A DNA stretch of 64,000 nt from Chlorokybus atmophyticus (Eukaryota; Plantae; Mesostigma and Chlorokybus algae): NCBI GenBank assembly GCA_009103225.1, contig RHPI01002888.1, positions 232,189 through 296,188 on the forward strand, written 5' to 3'. Below the pieces are notes generated by a model. It was given only the letters and a program-made list of their open reading frames with translations. It was not told the DNA's origin and did no database searches. Below, piece after piece: positions 13,508 through 25,000 of the stretch. The first letter of the stretch is position 1. Each line of letters opens with the position of its first letter. The position numbers and the translations under genes are program-made.

Positions 13508-14582
13508 CTCCTTTGCTTAAACACAACGCCAGCCAGCACCTTAGTCTATGCTATCATTCCATGTTATAACTGCAAGCACAACCCCCACACTGATCACCCA
13601 CATCATCCCCACTTGCCACACAGAGATACCACAAGCAACTTGAATTCAGCGATTTGTTGAGGGGCAACTGGCCGCCAGTCACGTGCGTGCAATGAGCATC
13701 ATCATATAGCAAATTTTTATGTCGTCCCAAAACAACTCGTGCAATGTCAGCCGTAAGCCTTGGCCCTGAAGATCCATCGCAAGGGCTACGCAAAGGCCAC
13801 GCCACCCTTCCTCGGCGATATCACACCTACTGCCTGTAGAAAAGCCCGCACTGCAAGCCTCGATATCCATCCAGATCGCACGTGACAGCGTCGGTAGGCT
13901 AACGACTGCGCCGCTAACGATATGCTGCTTAGATCGTTGGCTCGTTGGTTAGTGGTTTCAGAGCAGACTACGCCGTACAGTTCGTGAACTTGAGTTACAT
14001 GCCGTACACCATACTTCGTGAATGGTGACCGACTACCAGGCTGGAGCCCTATTCGAGCCGTACATACAGCTTGTACGTAAAGATTCCCCTCATGTATGCC
14101 TACACGCAATGCGGAGGCGCCACGCGAAGGCCAGGTTAGCTAAAGCCTACCAAAGTACTGCTTATGTATGTACAGTTCATGCAAGCCCCGTTGACGACTC
14201 TCCACAGGTCTTGTATAGTCATTGACAGTACTTGAGCCTCATCATAATAGACCATCCATGCACATCCAGGACAGGGCGTGAACTCAGTGGGGTAACAGTG
14301 CTATGCACAATATTCCGAGGATTTTGCGTTAGCACGTTAGTGCGAACGGTAGTTGTTGTGTCGTGTACATTGTGTGTGATGTGACTGACACCACTCGTGA
14401 GCATGTAGTGAGCATGCACTGCATGGCGACAAAGTGGCGGCGGCGGGCGATGCGGACGAGGACATCGACGGTAACGAGGACAACGAGGACAAGGCGAAGC
14501 AGCTGTCATGGGGGAGTAGTAGGTTGAGACAGGGAGCGTGTTGATCTGGGGGAAGGCTTGCAGACGGCTTGCAAGGCTTGAA

Positions 14583-16780
14583 ATGGGCGGCTGTTTGTCC
14601 TGCTGTTCGGGTGGCGCTAAGGGGGCGCAGCAGGAGGAGGCGGGGAAGGGCGGCGGCAAGCAGGACGATAATTTCAGCCACGTCCAGCAGCACGAGGCTT
14701 CCCTCGGGGACGGCCACGTCGCTCTCCTGCGTGACATTCGCCATTTTGAGGCCACTGGACAAGTAAGCTAGAGGCTTTGTTGCATTTGCTTTTCAACCCT
14801 AATTGCTGGAACGCTGACAGAGACAGCTATCGCAGTTGTGTAGTGTCGCTTGGTTGATTCAACATGTGCAATGCTTAGGTGCCCGCGGGACTATCAGCCT
14901 ACTGCCAGTCTAATGTTCCAAAGACTCACGCAGGATGGTGAGTGAGAAATTGTGTGGATGTGTCTTTGCGCAAACAGTGTTGTCCAACAATGCATGCATG
15001 CAACAAGAGAAACAATGCTTGTGTGTGTATCCCTTTGCTTAAGCACGTCACCACTCTATCTGTCTCTTTCTTGACATGCGTGCGTTCTTGTGTGAGTACC
15101 GATTGCCTCGCTTTCCGCGCATGTGCAGTGTAACTGTTTGTCGATGCCAACACATGTCGCTGCCTGCTTGCAACAACTGATATTTCCCTTCAAACGCAAG
15201 GTATGGGCGGTTGGCAGCTGTGCTGAGGTCAGCCCAGTATCCCCCACAGACACCCGCGGAGGCCGCCAAGTTCGTCACTGGCGCGCTCGACCGCGTGCGC
15301 AAAGCCAACGTTGCGGTACATGCTGTGTTATTGTTACTGTTGCTGTCATGGTTGCTGTTGTTGTTCGTTGTTGTTGTTGTTGTGGTGGTGGTGGTGGTTG
15401 TCGTCGTTGTTGTCCTTGTATTTGACGTGATGCACATTGCGCAGGGTTTGTTGCAGTACTACAAGTTGCCGCTGCCGAAGAAGTTTGCATCCGACGCTTC
15501 CGCAAGCCCTGCTTCGCCTCCAGCAGGTCAACATTGTGATGGTTCTTGTTGACGGCTGTCTGCATGTTCTCTTTTGCTTGTCAAGGATGCTTACATGGCT
15601 TGTTCCTTTGTTCACTTGGGTTGGGCAGTTGTGGCGGTATTCACAGCGAACTCATACAGACCAGCAACAGTCTCGCCACCTCCTGCATTCTACTCAAGCT
15701 CCAGCAGCACCAACAGCCCAGCCCACACCCTTCATCACAACTACAGCAACCACAACAACAAACCCAACAGCAACCAACACAACAACAACCTCATCAAGCA
15801 CGCCTTCCAGGCTCGAACTCTTCCGATTGATGCATTGAGCGTGTCAGATGGGGACACGTTTACAGCATTGGTGGACGTGTTCAAGAACCTTCAGGAGAGC
15901 AAAGTTGTGTCTCAACAAGTGTTGGATGCTGCCAAAGAGTGGGAGGGATGCTACAGGGAGAGGGATCATGTTGGGATGGCGCGCGTGGGGGACTACTTGC
16001 TTCAGAATGGCAACTATCGCATGGTAAAGAGGCCTACTGGGGGGACGACACACAACAAAGCGGTGTTGGCGAGGAAATATAGGGTTAGATTGCGAGGCAT
16101 AGACTGCCCCGAGTCCTCGATGAAGCACGGCCCTGAGGCCACGCACGCCCTCAAGGACGTGCTTGTAAACAAGAGCGCTAGGCTGATTGTGTATGAGACT
16201 GACCAGTACGGGAGGGCTGTCTGCGACGTGTTTGTTGGGAACGCGTTTGTACAGGTGAGCGGCACAGATCGTTGTTGTGTCTTGTGCGTGTGCCTGTGCG
16301 CGTGCCCGCGTGTGCGTGTGTGTGGACCATTATTGTTGTTTGCGCGCAGGAGTCGATGCTGCGTGCCGGGTGGGCGTGGCATTACACAGCTTTTGACCAG
16401 AGACCAGAGTTTTCTCAGGTGGGTACAACCTTGTCTGCAACTTAACCCAAGCAAGCGTCATGCTGCCTTGTGTAATGTTGAGGGTGCTTGTTCACCATAC
16501 AGCACTGCTCGTTGGCCACATCACCCTTTGGATGTGCACTCATGGATGCTGACTTGCATGTACCGATGCATTCTCATACGTGTACTCATAGTGGGAGGGG
16601 GAGGCGCGGGCGGCCAAGCGTGGTTTGTGGGTTGATCCCAACCCAATCAGACCGTGGGAGTATCGCCGACAACACCGGACAGCTAGGTCCCTATGTTCCT
16701 TGCCTGTGTACGGGAGCTCTAACCAACAGAATGAAGCTCATTCATGTTGCATTGCAGGTGAACGGCAAAGGTCCGAGTGA
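14583..16780 (+). CDS. CAN: Staphylococcal-nuclease (SNase) family Ca2+-dependent nuclease, plant CAN1/CAN2-like
   Basis: N-terminus MGGCLSCC, then ALLRDIRHFEATGQ|VPAGL...W|YGRL...PPQTPAEAAKFV...|GLLQYYKLPLP (plant CAN N-domain). SNase motifs: VSDGDTF, KYRVRLRGIDCPE, DQYGRAVCDV, AWHYTAFD, RGLWVDPNPIRPWEYRR. The last few codons are uncertain (end 16690-16780). Confidence 0.95.
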
Positions 16781-18016
16781 TGGCTTAATCGCTACTTTCT
16801 TGACTGTTTTGTACATTATTCTTTCAATGCTGGCTTTGTGGTCAGCGGCACCAAAACTGCACAAAGCACACATTGTGTAAAATTTTGACACAACACTTGT
16901 TGGGTGAGTTGATTGTAGCTTGATAATTGTGGGTGTTAGCATAAGATACGGAGTTAACGAGAGTGTCTTAGTGAAAGTATGGTTGAGGTCAACAGTTTTT
17001 CGTGAGGTATGGGCTAGCAAACTGTTGTCTAATCCTACAAGCCTCATTGATTTCACTTATTCTAACATGTGCGCGTGAGATTCACCTCAAATGTTTGGCA
17101 TACCGTGTACTGCACATTGCCAGGCTTACAAGCTGTGGAGAATCTTGATACATCGCATAATTCACATCGCCAAGTACACAGGGTTCAGGTCAATAAAGTG
17201 AAACACACATATTGTCGTGCCGGATACATGTCATGTGTTATATACGATTTGTTGCGCTTAATCAATATTTCCATTCTTTGATAGTAATGTTGCTAATCGA
17301 TACGTGCCCTTTGCAAAATAACATATTTGTCCAGTGCATGATGACGTACTGTAAATGAACATGCTTGGTAATGTTGAAAATGCATCTTGCCTTGTTGTTG
17401 TCTCAAAATAATCATAGCAGATTTCGCGCGCATAAGCTTTAAACAATTACACAAACCTGCATCCGATAGCTGATTTTATGTTAGCGCGTAGACTGAAACA
17501 GTATTACAGCCCTTAATATGAGCTACTTGCTAAATAATAACTATCTTACTTGGAATGTAAGAACTTCAAAGTTCATTATGTATTGTTGTATCGAGTAAGT
17601 GCAATATGACCATCACAGAGACCAACACCATACGATGTAATTATTGATACGCACATGTACAGTGTTGTAAAATATGAGCACGGCGCTTTTGTTAACAGCA
17701 GCCATTCGGCAAGGTTTTAATGTAGCGGTTGTGCTCGGAACCGTTTTAACTGAATGTATTTGAGCACAATCTTAGTTAACAAAATAGTATGTATCAATTT
17801 TTGACTGTTATACTATGTGATGAATAATAGCTAGAACTTGGCACAAACGTATTGCAGATGGTTGTATACACGTGTGCACACGTTCAGCAGAAAAGTGGAC
17901 ACTTCAAGCACATGAGCATGTTGACGTATTAGCAACATGCCGTGTTTCATGAGAAAGCAAAAGGCCCAACTTGCAGTGCCAAGAGTCTTATCGTATATTC
18001 CCAAGCAAGCTCTCCG

Positions 18017-19205
18017 CAGTGATAGCGGTGCAACCTTTTCGTGCTTGACGAAAGGTGCATATGCCTCCGAGTGCAACTGACTATTAATGGCAAAACTGTG
18101 GCAAAAGTTATGCAGCATTTCATGCTAAGCTTGATTCAAAATAGCATTGAAGTTTGTCACTTTAAGAGCTTGTACACAATATAGACGCCTGCTTGCTCAT
18201 GTCTGCTAGGCTTCGTCGTGCCCACTGATTGCTTGCCCACCCGCCCTGAGCGGGTGCAACGGTCGCATCATGCAACGAGCGGGCGGCGCTTAGTTAGTGC
18301 AAATATGCGTTAGTTGTCGCCCTGCTTTAATTGATATCTTGTTTGCTTGTGACTGTGTTTGTGCATGCACGTGTGATTGTCACGTTGATTAGCTTATGCC
18401 ATACACTTGTGTGATGGTATAACACAAGTGTATAGTAATAATAATATTAATACATCGATCCTACGTGCAAGTACAATAAATTGGTAGTGGGTACAGCAAG
18501 GGATTATAACATACATAACTGATAAACATAGTGGCAAGTATGATTTCACAAATAAATAAATAAACTTTGCGTAACTGTCATGCAACAGATTTTACAATAC
18601 GATCAATCTTTGCAATGATTAGCACTTGTCGCATTATTCCTCCTCCTACTCGGCATCCTCCCTTTGTACAATATCTCAATGCTACTTTGTATGGATGGTG
18701 TCATAGTGCAATTCCACCCACCAACAAGCATTTTTGGCAGGAATTTGCCGATTTATATCCAGAAATTGAACTCTACGAATAGATGATGCTGGCAAAATGG
18801 CCATTACCGACACTCGCGAGAATTACCGCTATTACCAGTGATAATGATGCAACCTTTAGGGGCTTAGTAAAGGTGCATGCCATTGGGTGCAATCAATGAT
18901 CAATGGCGAAAACCTGACAACAGTTGTATATAATATATTAAGCTAATGCCATAAAGTATCATTGACCGAGAGCAATGAAGAGAAATTATATACATATAAC
19001 ATTATACAATGTTATTTACTGACAAATGAAGCAATGATAAAGCAATTTTGTATACAAATGGAGTATATACGTAGAGTATACATAAATATAAAATGTATGC
19101 GGCTTAGCGAAAGGTGCATGCCTCTTAGTGCAATTGACACTTGATGGCAATACCGTAGTAAAAGTTGTGCATATTATGCTAAGTCAATAACATCATTAAT
19201 TGACA
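18017..19205 (+). repeat. Three degenerate copies of a roughly 120-bp unit in an AT-rich intergenic island
   Basis: Shared core AAAGGTGCAT(AT)GCC...GTGCAA...ATGGC..AA...AGTT.T...TAAG at about 18051, 18869 and 19110. Copies 1 and 2 also share the upstream CAGTGATA...TGCAACCTTT. Confidence 0.65.
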
Positions 19206-19436
19206 ACACGACGAGATATTACCTATATGCGACGCTAAAAATTGTTATTTTTTGTTGAATTAACGATGATTACTACTTTTAAAAGCAAATTCGTATACAC
19301 ATAAAGTAGAGCGTTTTAAGAACATGACTTATGTATGATGATTGATATAGTCGTAATTATACCCAATCACCTTGAAGTAATGTCCTTGAGAAGATCATGA
19401 CCATTTTACCATGATAGTATGGTTGACAGATTGAAA

Positions 19437-19479
19437 ACATTCACGATGGCATTGTCAATGACAATGCCATCGTGAATGT
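19437..19479. repeat. Perfect inverted repeat: 21-bp arms with a 1-nt centre
   Basis: ACATTCACGATGGCATTGTCA-A-TGACAATGCCATCGTGAATGT, checked base by base. Confidence 0.95.
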
Positions 19480-19508
19480 CATTAAAAACACCTTTACGCT
19501 GAGGATTA

Positions 19509-19895
19509 GGGTAAATTCACACCGTTTTCCTGTTCCGTTTTCTGTAACGGAGGAACAGCAGATTGTACCCATATTCGCACTCAGCCTCTCCGTTCCGTTT
19601 GGTGAACTACAATCAGCGCCAGTTGCGGCCCATATTTTGCCAGGTCAGTACAATGCAAAACCTTTGCCGCCAAACTCTGACACCTAGCGCATTGCGCCGA
19701 CAAAGTTTTCGTTAGTATAGGCCTACCTACCCCCACCTTTATTCTCCGTCACATAAACGGAGTCGTTGTGGTTTCCGGAGACCAAAATGGCGAATGCGAA
19801 TGCAAGTTTCGCAAAAGTTTCTGTTTTGGTATTTGCCGTCAAGTGGGTTGCAAAAACGGAACGGAGGCCGAAAAACGGCAAGTGTGAATGTACCC
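19509..19895. mobile_element. PIF/Harbinger-type (Tourist-like) MITE, 387 bp
   Basis: TIRs GGGTAAATTCACAC and GTGTGAATGTACCC match at 13/14 positions. A TTA target-site duplication flanks the element (19506-19508 and 19896-19898). Sub-terminal CCGTTTT/GTTCCGTTT motifs occur at both ends. No coding capacity. Confidence 0.8.
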
Positions 19896-22062
19896 TTATG
19901 GACTATGTAATGGTACACATCCCCTCCAATAGCTGACGGGAATTAGCAGGTTTCGCCACTCACCGAATGGACGACCTCCGGTGCAACCTGTCTAGCCTCT
20001 GGCGGAATCCGAAACGGCGAACCCCACGCGTTGCACCGCTATCACTGGCAACGGTGACCGTGCTAGCACGTGACGTGACCATGCAAGCTATGAGCGCTGC
20101 AACGGTCATGTCCCTGGTGTTACTTGCTTGCGTCAGAATGTGGCCACCGTACGAGAGACCTGGATTCGCCCCATACTGTTGGCGCAAATTGCGGAGCCTG
20201 CTATTATCTCAAATGGTCACGTTTGTACAACAGTCAACTCAATAACATGATGGGACCTTGAACCACCCATGTCTCGGTACATGTACCGTAGCCTACAGTG
20301 TGTAGATAGGCCTGATTGGTTTGATGCGACTTACAATTGCAACTGAAGCGCTTGTCGGCGCAGCTTTTGTCTCCACTGGCGGGTTGTCACCTTTGGCGTC
20401 ACGCGCGTAATTGCCTATCGGTCGGGACATCGCATGCTGACCGGCATTGCTACCCTGCTCAGGCCGGGATTGTGCTGCCAGTAAGGCTGGCAGATTTCGT
20501 ACGTGGCCGAATGATGAACTGGGCCTTTGTCTGGCGTGATGATTGTGATGGTTGTTTGGGACCAAAATAGTCAAAAAGTGTATCAGATCGTACAGCCGTG
20601 ACAGCCGTGGAATATTTTCTTTTCTGCATAGAACAGCTGTTAGGGCTAGCGGATCTAAATGTGAGCGACTGCGGCATGGAGGGAAGTAACAATTCAAATT
20701 ATGTTCCCTGTTCCCATTTGCTGCTCATAATCTAGTGTCAAGCGGTCGTTTTCCCTTACCCATGTTCCGGGATTGGATAGGCTATGCCAAAAAGAGCGTC
20801 ATGATGAGCGCACACAGCGGCGCATCACACTTGTGTGTTTGTGCGTGTGTCACGCAGATGCAGGCACAAACACACTGTGTCACACGGTGTGACACACACG
20901 TGTGTGGGTACATCTTTGTGACTAGCATGCACGCAAGCAGTAGGGCCACACGTAGTCGGGCCGTGTACAGGCACGGGGTTGGCCACCTGTGTGCACCGAG
21001 AGGGACTAGGCCTTCAACCTTTTTCAATTGACAAGACCCTTGAGCACTTGTCTAGCTCAGCGCCATCATGCATGTCAATTGCTTCAAGACATTCATGCAT
21101 TCATGCGCGGTACTTCTTGTTTGCCTGGCCAGTCACATCAGTGCATGCATCAACCGCACCAGTCTTGTCCCAAAAGCTCAATCTATCCTCGCATTGTGTA
21201 CACTATTATCCATAAACAGCCCGCTTCAGCCCTCTTGCTCTCTCAAGGCATGCACATAGGCCTGTGGGTTTGTCGTAGGATAGATAGTGTACCGGAAAAG
21301 AGGTGTAAGCGGCGGCAATGTGTACGCTAGCGCTGTGGATTGACGAGTTGGGGGGAGGCATTGTAGTCTAGAAAGGGAGAGAGAGAGTGTGAGGAAGCGA
21401 GGGGAAGGAGTTGTCTTGTGTTGGGTGGGAGGCCTTGGGTTAGGCCACGTGGAGGTACAACCTGCTGCAGACGGCAGTGGGCGGCGGCAGTGGGTAACAG
21501 GTGCGTGCGTGCATGTGTGTGTAGCATTGAGGGAGTCAAGAAGGTGCTGCTGTGCGTCGCCATTGTGCGTCGTCGCGTGCATACATGCGATTTTGCAATA
21601 TAGGAACAGAACAGCTTGTCAAGCACTCGCCAATTAGGCATTCTATCACACCTGTAGACTAAGGTTTGGACCCGACACTACCCGGTGTGGGTGGGTGTGT
21701 GGGGGAGAGAGGGGGGNNNNNNNNNNNNNNNNNNNNNNNNNNNNNNNNNNNNNNNNNNNNNNNNNNNNNNNNNNNNNNNNNNNNNNNNNNNNNNNNNNNN
21801 NNNNNNNNNNNNNNNNNNNNNNNNNNNNNNNNNNNNNNNNNNNNNNNNNNNNNNNNNNNNNNNNNNNNNNNNNNNNNNNNNNNNNNNNNNNNNNNNNNNN
21901 NNNNNNNNNNNNNNNNNNNNNNNNCGCACACACCGTGCTATAGTTCTTGTTGACACAAGTGCATGCATAGAACATGCCCAACCCACTTCGCACACGCCTC
22001 ACTTGCAGCTTACACTCGTCTGCAGGTTGCCGCAAGCCGCAATCTGTACACTGCACTGCACA

Positions 22063-25000
22063 ATGACACTTCGACGCCACCAAGCAACGATATCCCTTCT
22101 ATCCCTCCTCTTCCTCTTCTTCACCCTCTTCGTCACCCTCACCCTCGCCCAACCCGCCAAGAGCCCCACTCCCGTCCCGACCAAATGCCCGGGATACAAC
22201 AACGCCACCCTCCAACGCTGGTCTGAGGTGAGACACACATGCAGAGGTGTACACCAGGGCACACTCACAGTCACACTCACATGCACACACGCCGACACTC
22301 ATATGCTAACGCAGCAAAGTTTGCACACGCACAATTGCATGCACGAACACGCACACACCTACACGCGCATACACTCAACACGCATGTATCTCCTCCAGCG
22401 GTTCGGCCCCCGCGCCTACTACTACTCCCGCATCACCATCCCCCCCAACACTCATCTCCTCTTCGACCTCGGTTGGTTGTGGGCGAAAGGCGGTTTAGTC
22501 ATCTCTCCCGGTGCCTCGCTTATAGTGGAAGATGCGAGGGACAGCGGGATCAAGGCAGACTTCGTCGCGGTGTACGGGGCGTTGCAAGTTGGCGCCGAGA
22601 ACTGTCCGTTCAGACACAAGTTCCAGTTTGTGTTGGATGGGAATGCGACGGCGCCGGAGGCGTTCGCTGGACAGAAGGTGGGGGTGGGGAGGTTGTTGTT
22701 GCTGGTGGTGGTGACGTTGTTTGTCATGGTGGTGTGTGTGTGCATGTGCGCGTTTCTGTGTGTGTGAGTGTGCATATGTGCGCGCGCAAGCGTGTACGTG
22801 CGTCGGTATCTGAATACATGCGTCCGTGTGCGTGTGCATGTCCACCCATAAGCATGCGCGTGTGGCCATGCGTGCGCACGCATACACATACATATGCTTC
22901 TCTGCAAGCACGCGCTGGTGCATGCGTCTAGGTCTGTCTCACCCACTCCCTCTCTCACTCACTCACCCTCTCTCCCTCTCCCTCTCCCTCTCTCTCCCCT
23001 CCCAGTGTCTCGCGGTCCTCTCCGGCGGTTCCCTCGACCTCCACGGTTCCAAAGGCCTCCTCTCCCCGTACTCCCGTCTTTCAGCAACCGCTGTTGCCGG
23101 GTCAGCCAGGTTGCAGCTTGCTAACCCCATCACTGGGGTGGCGGCGGGAGACGTGGTCGTGGTGGGGAGCACGGACTATGACCCGGGACAGGCGGAAGAG
23201 GTGAGAGAGGGGGTGTTGACTGGGGTGTGGGCGTGCGTGTGTGGGTGTGCACTTGCATGATGCGCAGGCGTGTGGACGCACCCACGCCTGCGTATCAGGC
23301 TGTGACTCTGCGCGTGTGCATGTTGAAAGATAACGCGGAGGTATGCTGTTTTGTATACAGTGTATCTGACTCTTATGCACTGCACTGTGACACACATCGC
23401 AGGTGCGCGTCACTCAAGTTATCAGCCCCACACTATTAGCCATCAAGCCTCCCCTCCAGTACCTCCACTACGGCGAGGTACCCCTCACCCCAACACGTTA
23501 CACCTTCTTGTCCAACACAACATGATCCCCAAACCCACTCACACAGGTCACCTTCGGCGTGGACGAGCGCGCCTCCGTGGCCCTCCTCTCCCGCTCCATC
23601 CGCGTCGGGGCGCCGATCGACGCAAACGAGTCGACCTTCGGCGCGCACATGATTGCGATGAAGGGGTTCGCGGCCGTGAGGGTGGAAGGGGTGGAGGTGG
23701 TGAATGGGGGCCAGGGGAATCTGATCGGGAGGTGAGAGAAAGGAGGGGGAGTTATACATGTGCGCGTACGTGCGTATGAGAGCATGTCTATGCGTGCGTG
23801 TGCATATGCGTGCGTGCGTGCGTGTGTATGGAAACACGCATGCATGCATACGCACATGCACGCGCCTGTGACCACAGATGCGCATACCTTCGTGCATACG
23901 TGCGCGCGTATCATCATACACGCACGTTGCACACATGCCAACACATCTCACACGACTCACACTAGCATCACTCCCACCTCTCTCAGGTACCCTTTCCACT
24001 TCCACCTCTGCGAGTGGGCCCCCGACGGCACGTACCTCCGCGACAACTCGGTTTACCGCTCCAACTTCCGCGCCTACACCATCCACGGCACGCAGAACGT
24101 CCTCTTGCAGCGCAACATCGCCTACCGCGCACCCGGTAAGGGAGTGATGAGATGAGTGTATACGTGTGTGTGGGGGTGTGTGTGCTGATGGTGTGGTTGT
24201 GTCTCAAAGGACATGCGTTCTTCCTGGAGGATGCGTCGGAGTTTGGGAACATCCTGGACTCAAACTTGGCGATATCGACGGTGGCGAAGACCACGGGAGC
24301 GAGGCTGGGGTCGGACTTGCCGGGGAACTCCGTCTCTGGCTTCTGGATCACGAGTGAGTGGTGTTGTGGGAGAGTGTCTGTGCGTGTGGGTTTGCTTGTG
24401 GAGTTCATGTGAGTGTGTGTGGGTGGCGAGCACCCCCCGCACACTCGGTTGCACACTTGTGTGAATGCATGCGCGTAAGTGTGTATGCGCGCATGCATGA
24501 GTGTGGACACCGACCAACGTCAGCAAGCATGCCACGAACGATAATATATAACAACGCGTGTCACAACAGATGCCAACAACAGCTTCACGAACAACATCGC
24601 TGCCGGCTCCGAAGGCGCCGGCTTCTGGTTCCAAGTAAGCATGTACATACATGTGCATGTTCATACATGTGCATGTTCCCCCTCACCCCCNNNNNNNNNN
24701 NNNNNNNNNNNNNNNNNNNNNNNNNNNNNNNNNNNNNNNNNNNNNNNNNNNNNNNNNNNNNACCCCCACCCCAACATTTCCCCACACCCACATTCCCCCA
24801 GGTCCGTCAATCCGTGGAGGGTCTCTCCTCCCTCTTCCCCCTCTACTCCGGCTACCAACCCAACCAGGCTCCCTGGGCCTCCTTCCGCAACAACGTCGCG
24901 CACTCCACCCTCAGGGGACTCAACCTCGAGGGGGGACTGTTCGACGACAAGGACGTCATACCGGCACCGGGAACGCCGATAAAGCACTCGTACTTGGGAC

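Noticed and set aside
13554-14330. Short minus-strand ORFs upstream of the coiled-coil gene
   Set aside because: They have stops in every frame, no recognisable motif and no consistent splice path.
18017-20047. 18-bp inverted match taken as the TIRs of a 2-kb transposon
   Set aside because: There is no target-site duplication in the flanks. It is better explained as an inverted copy of the local repeat unit.
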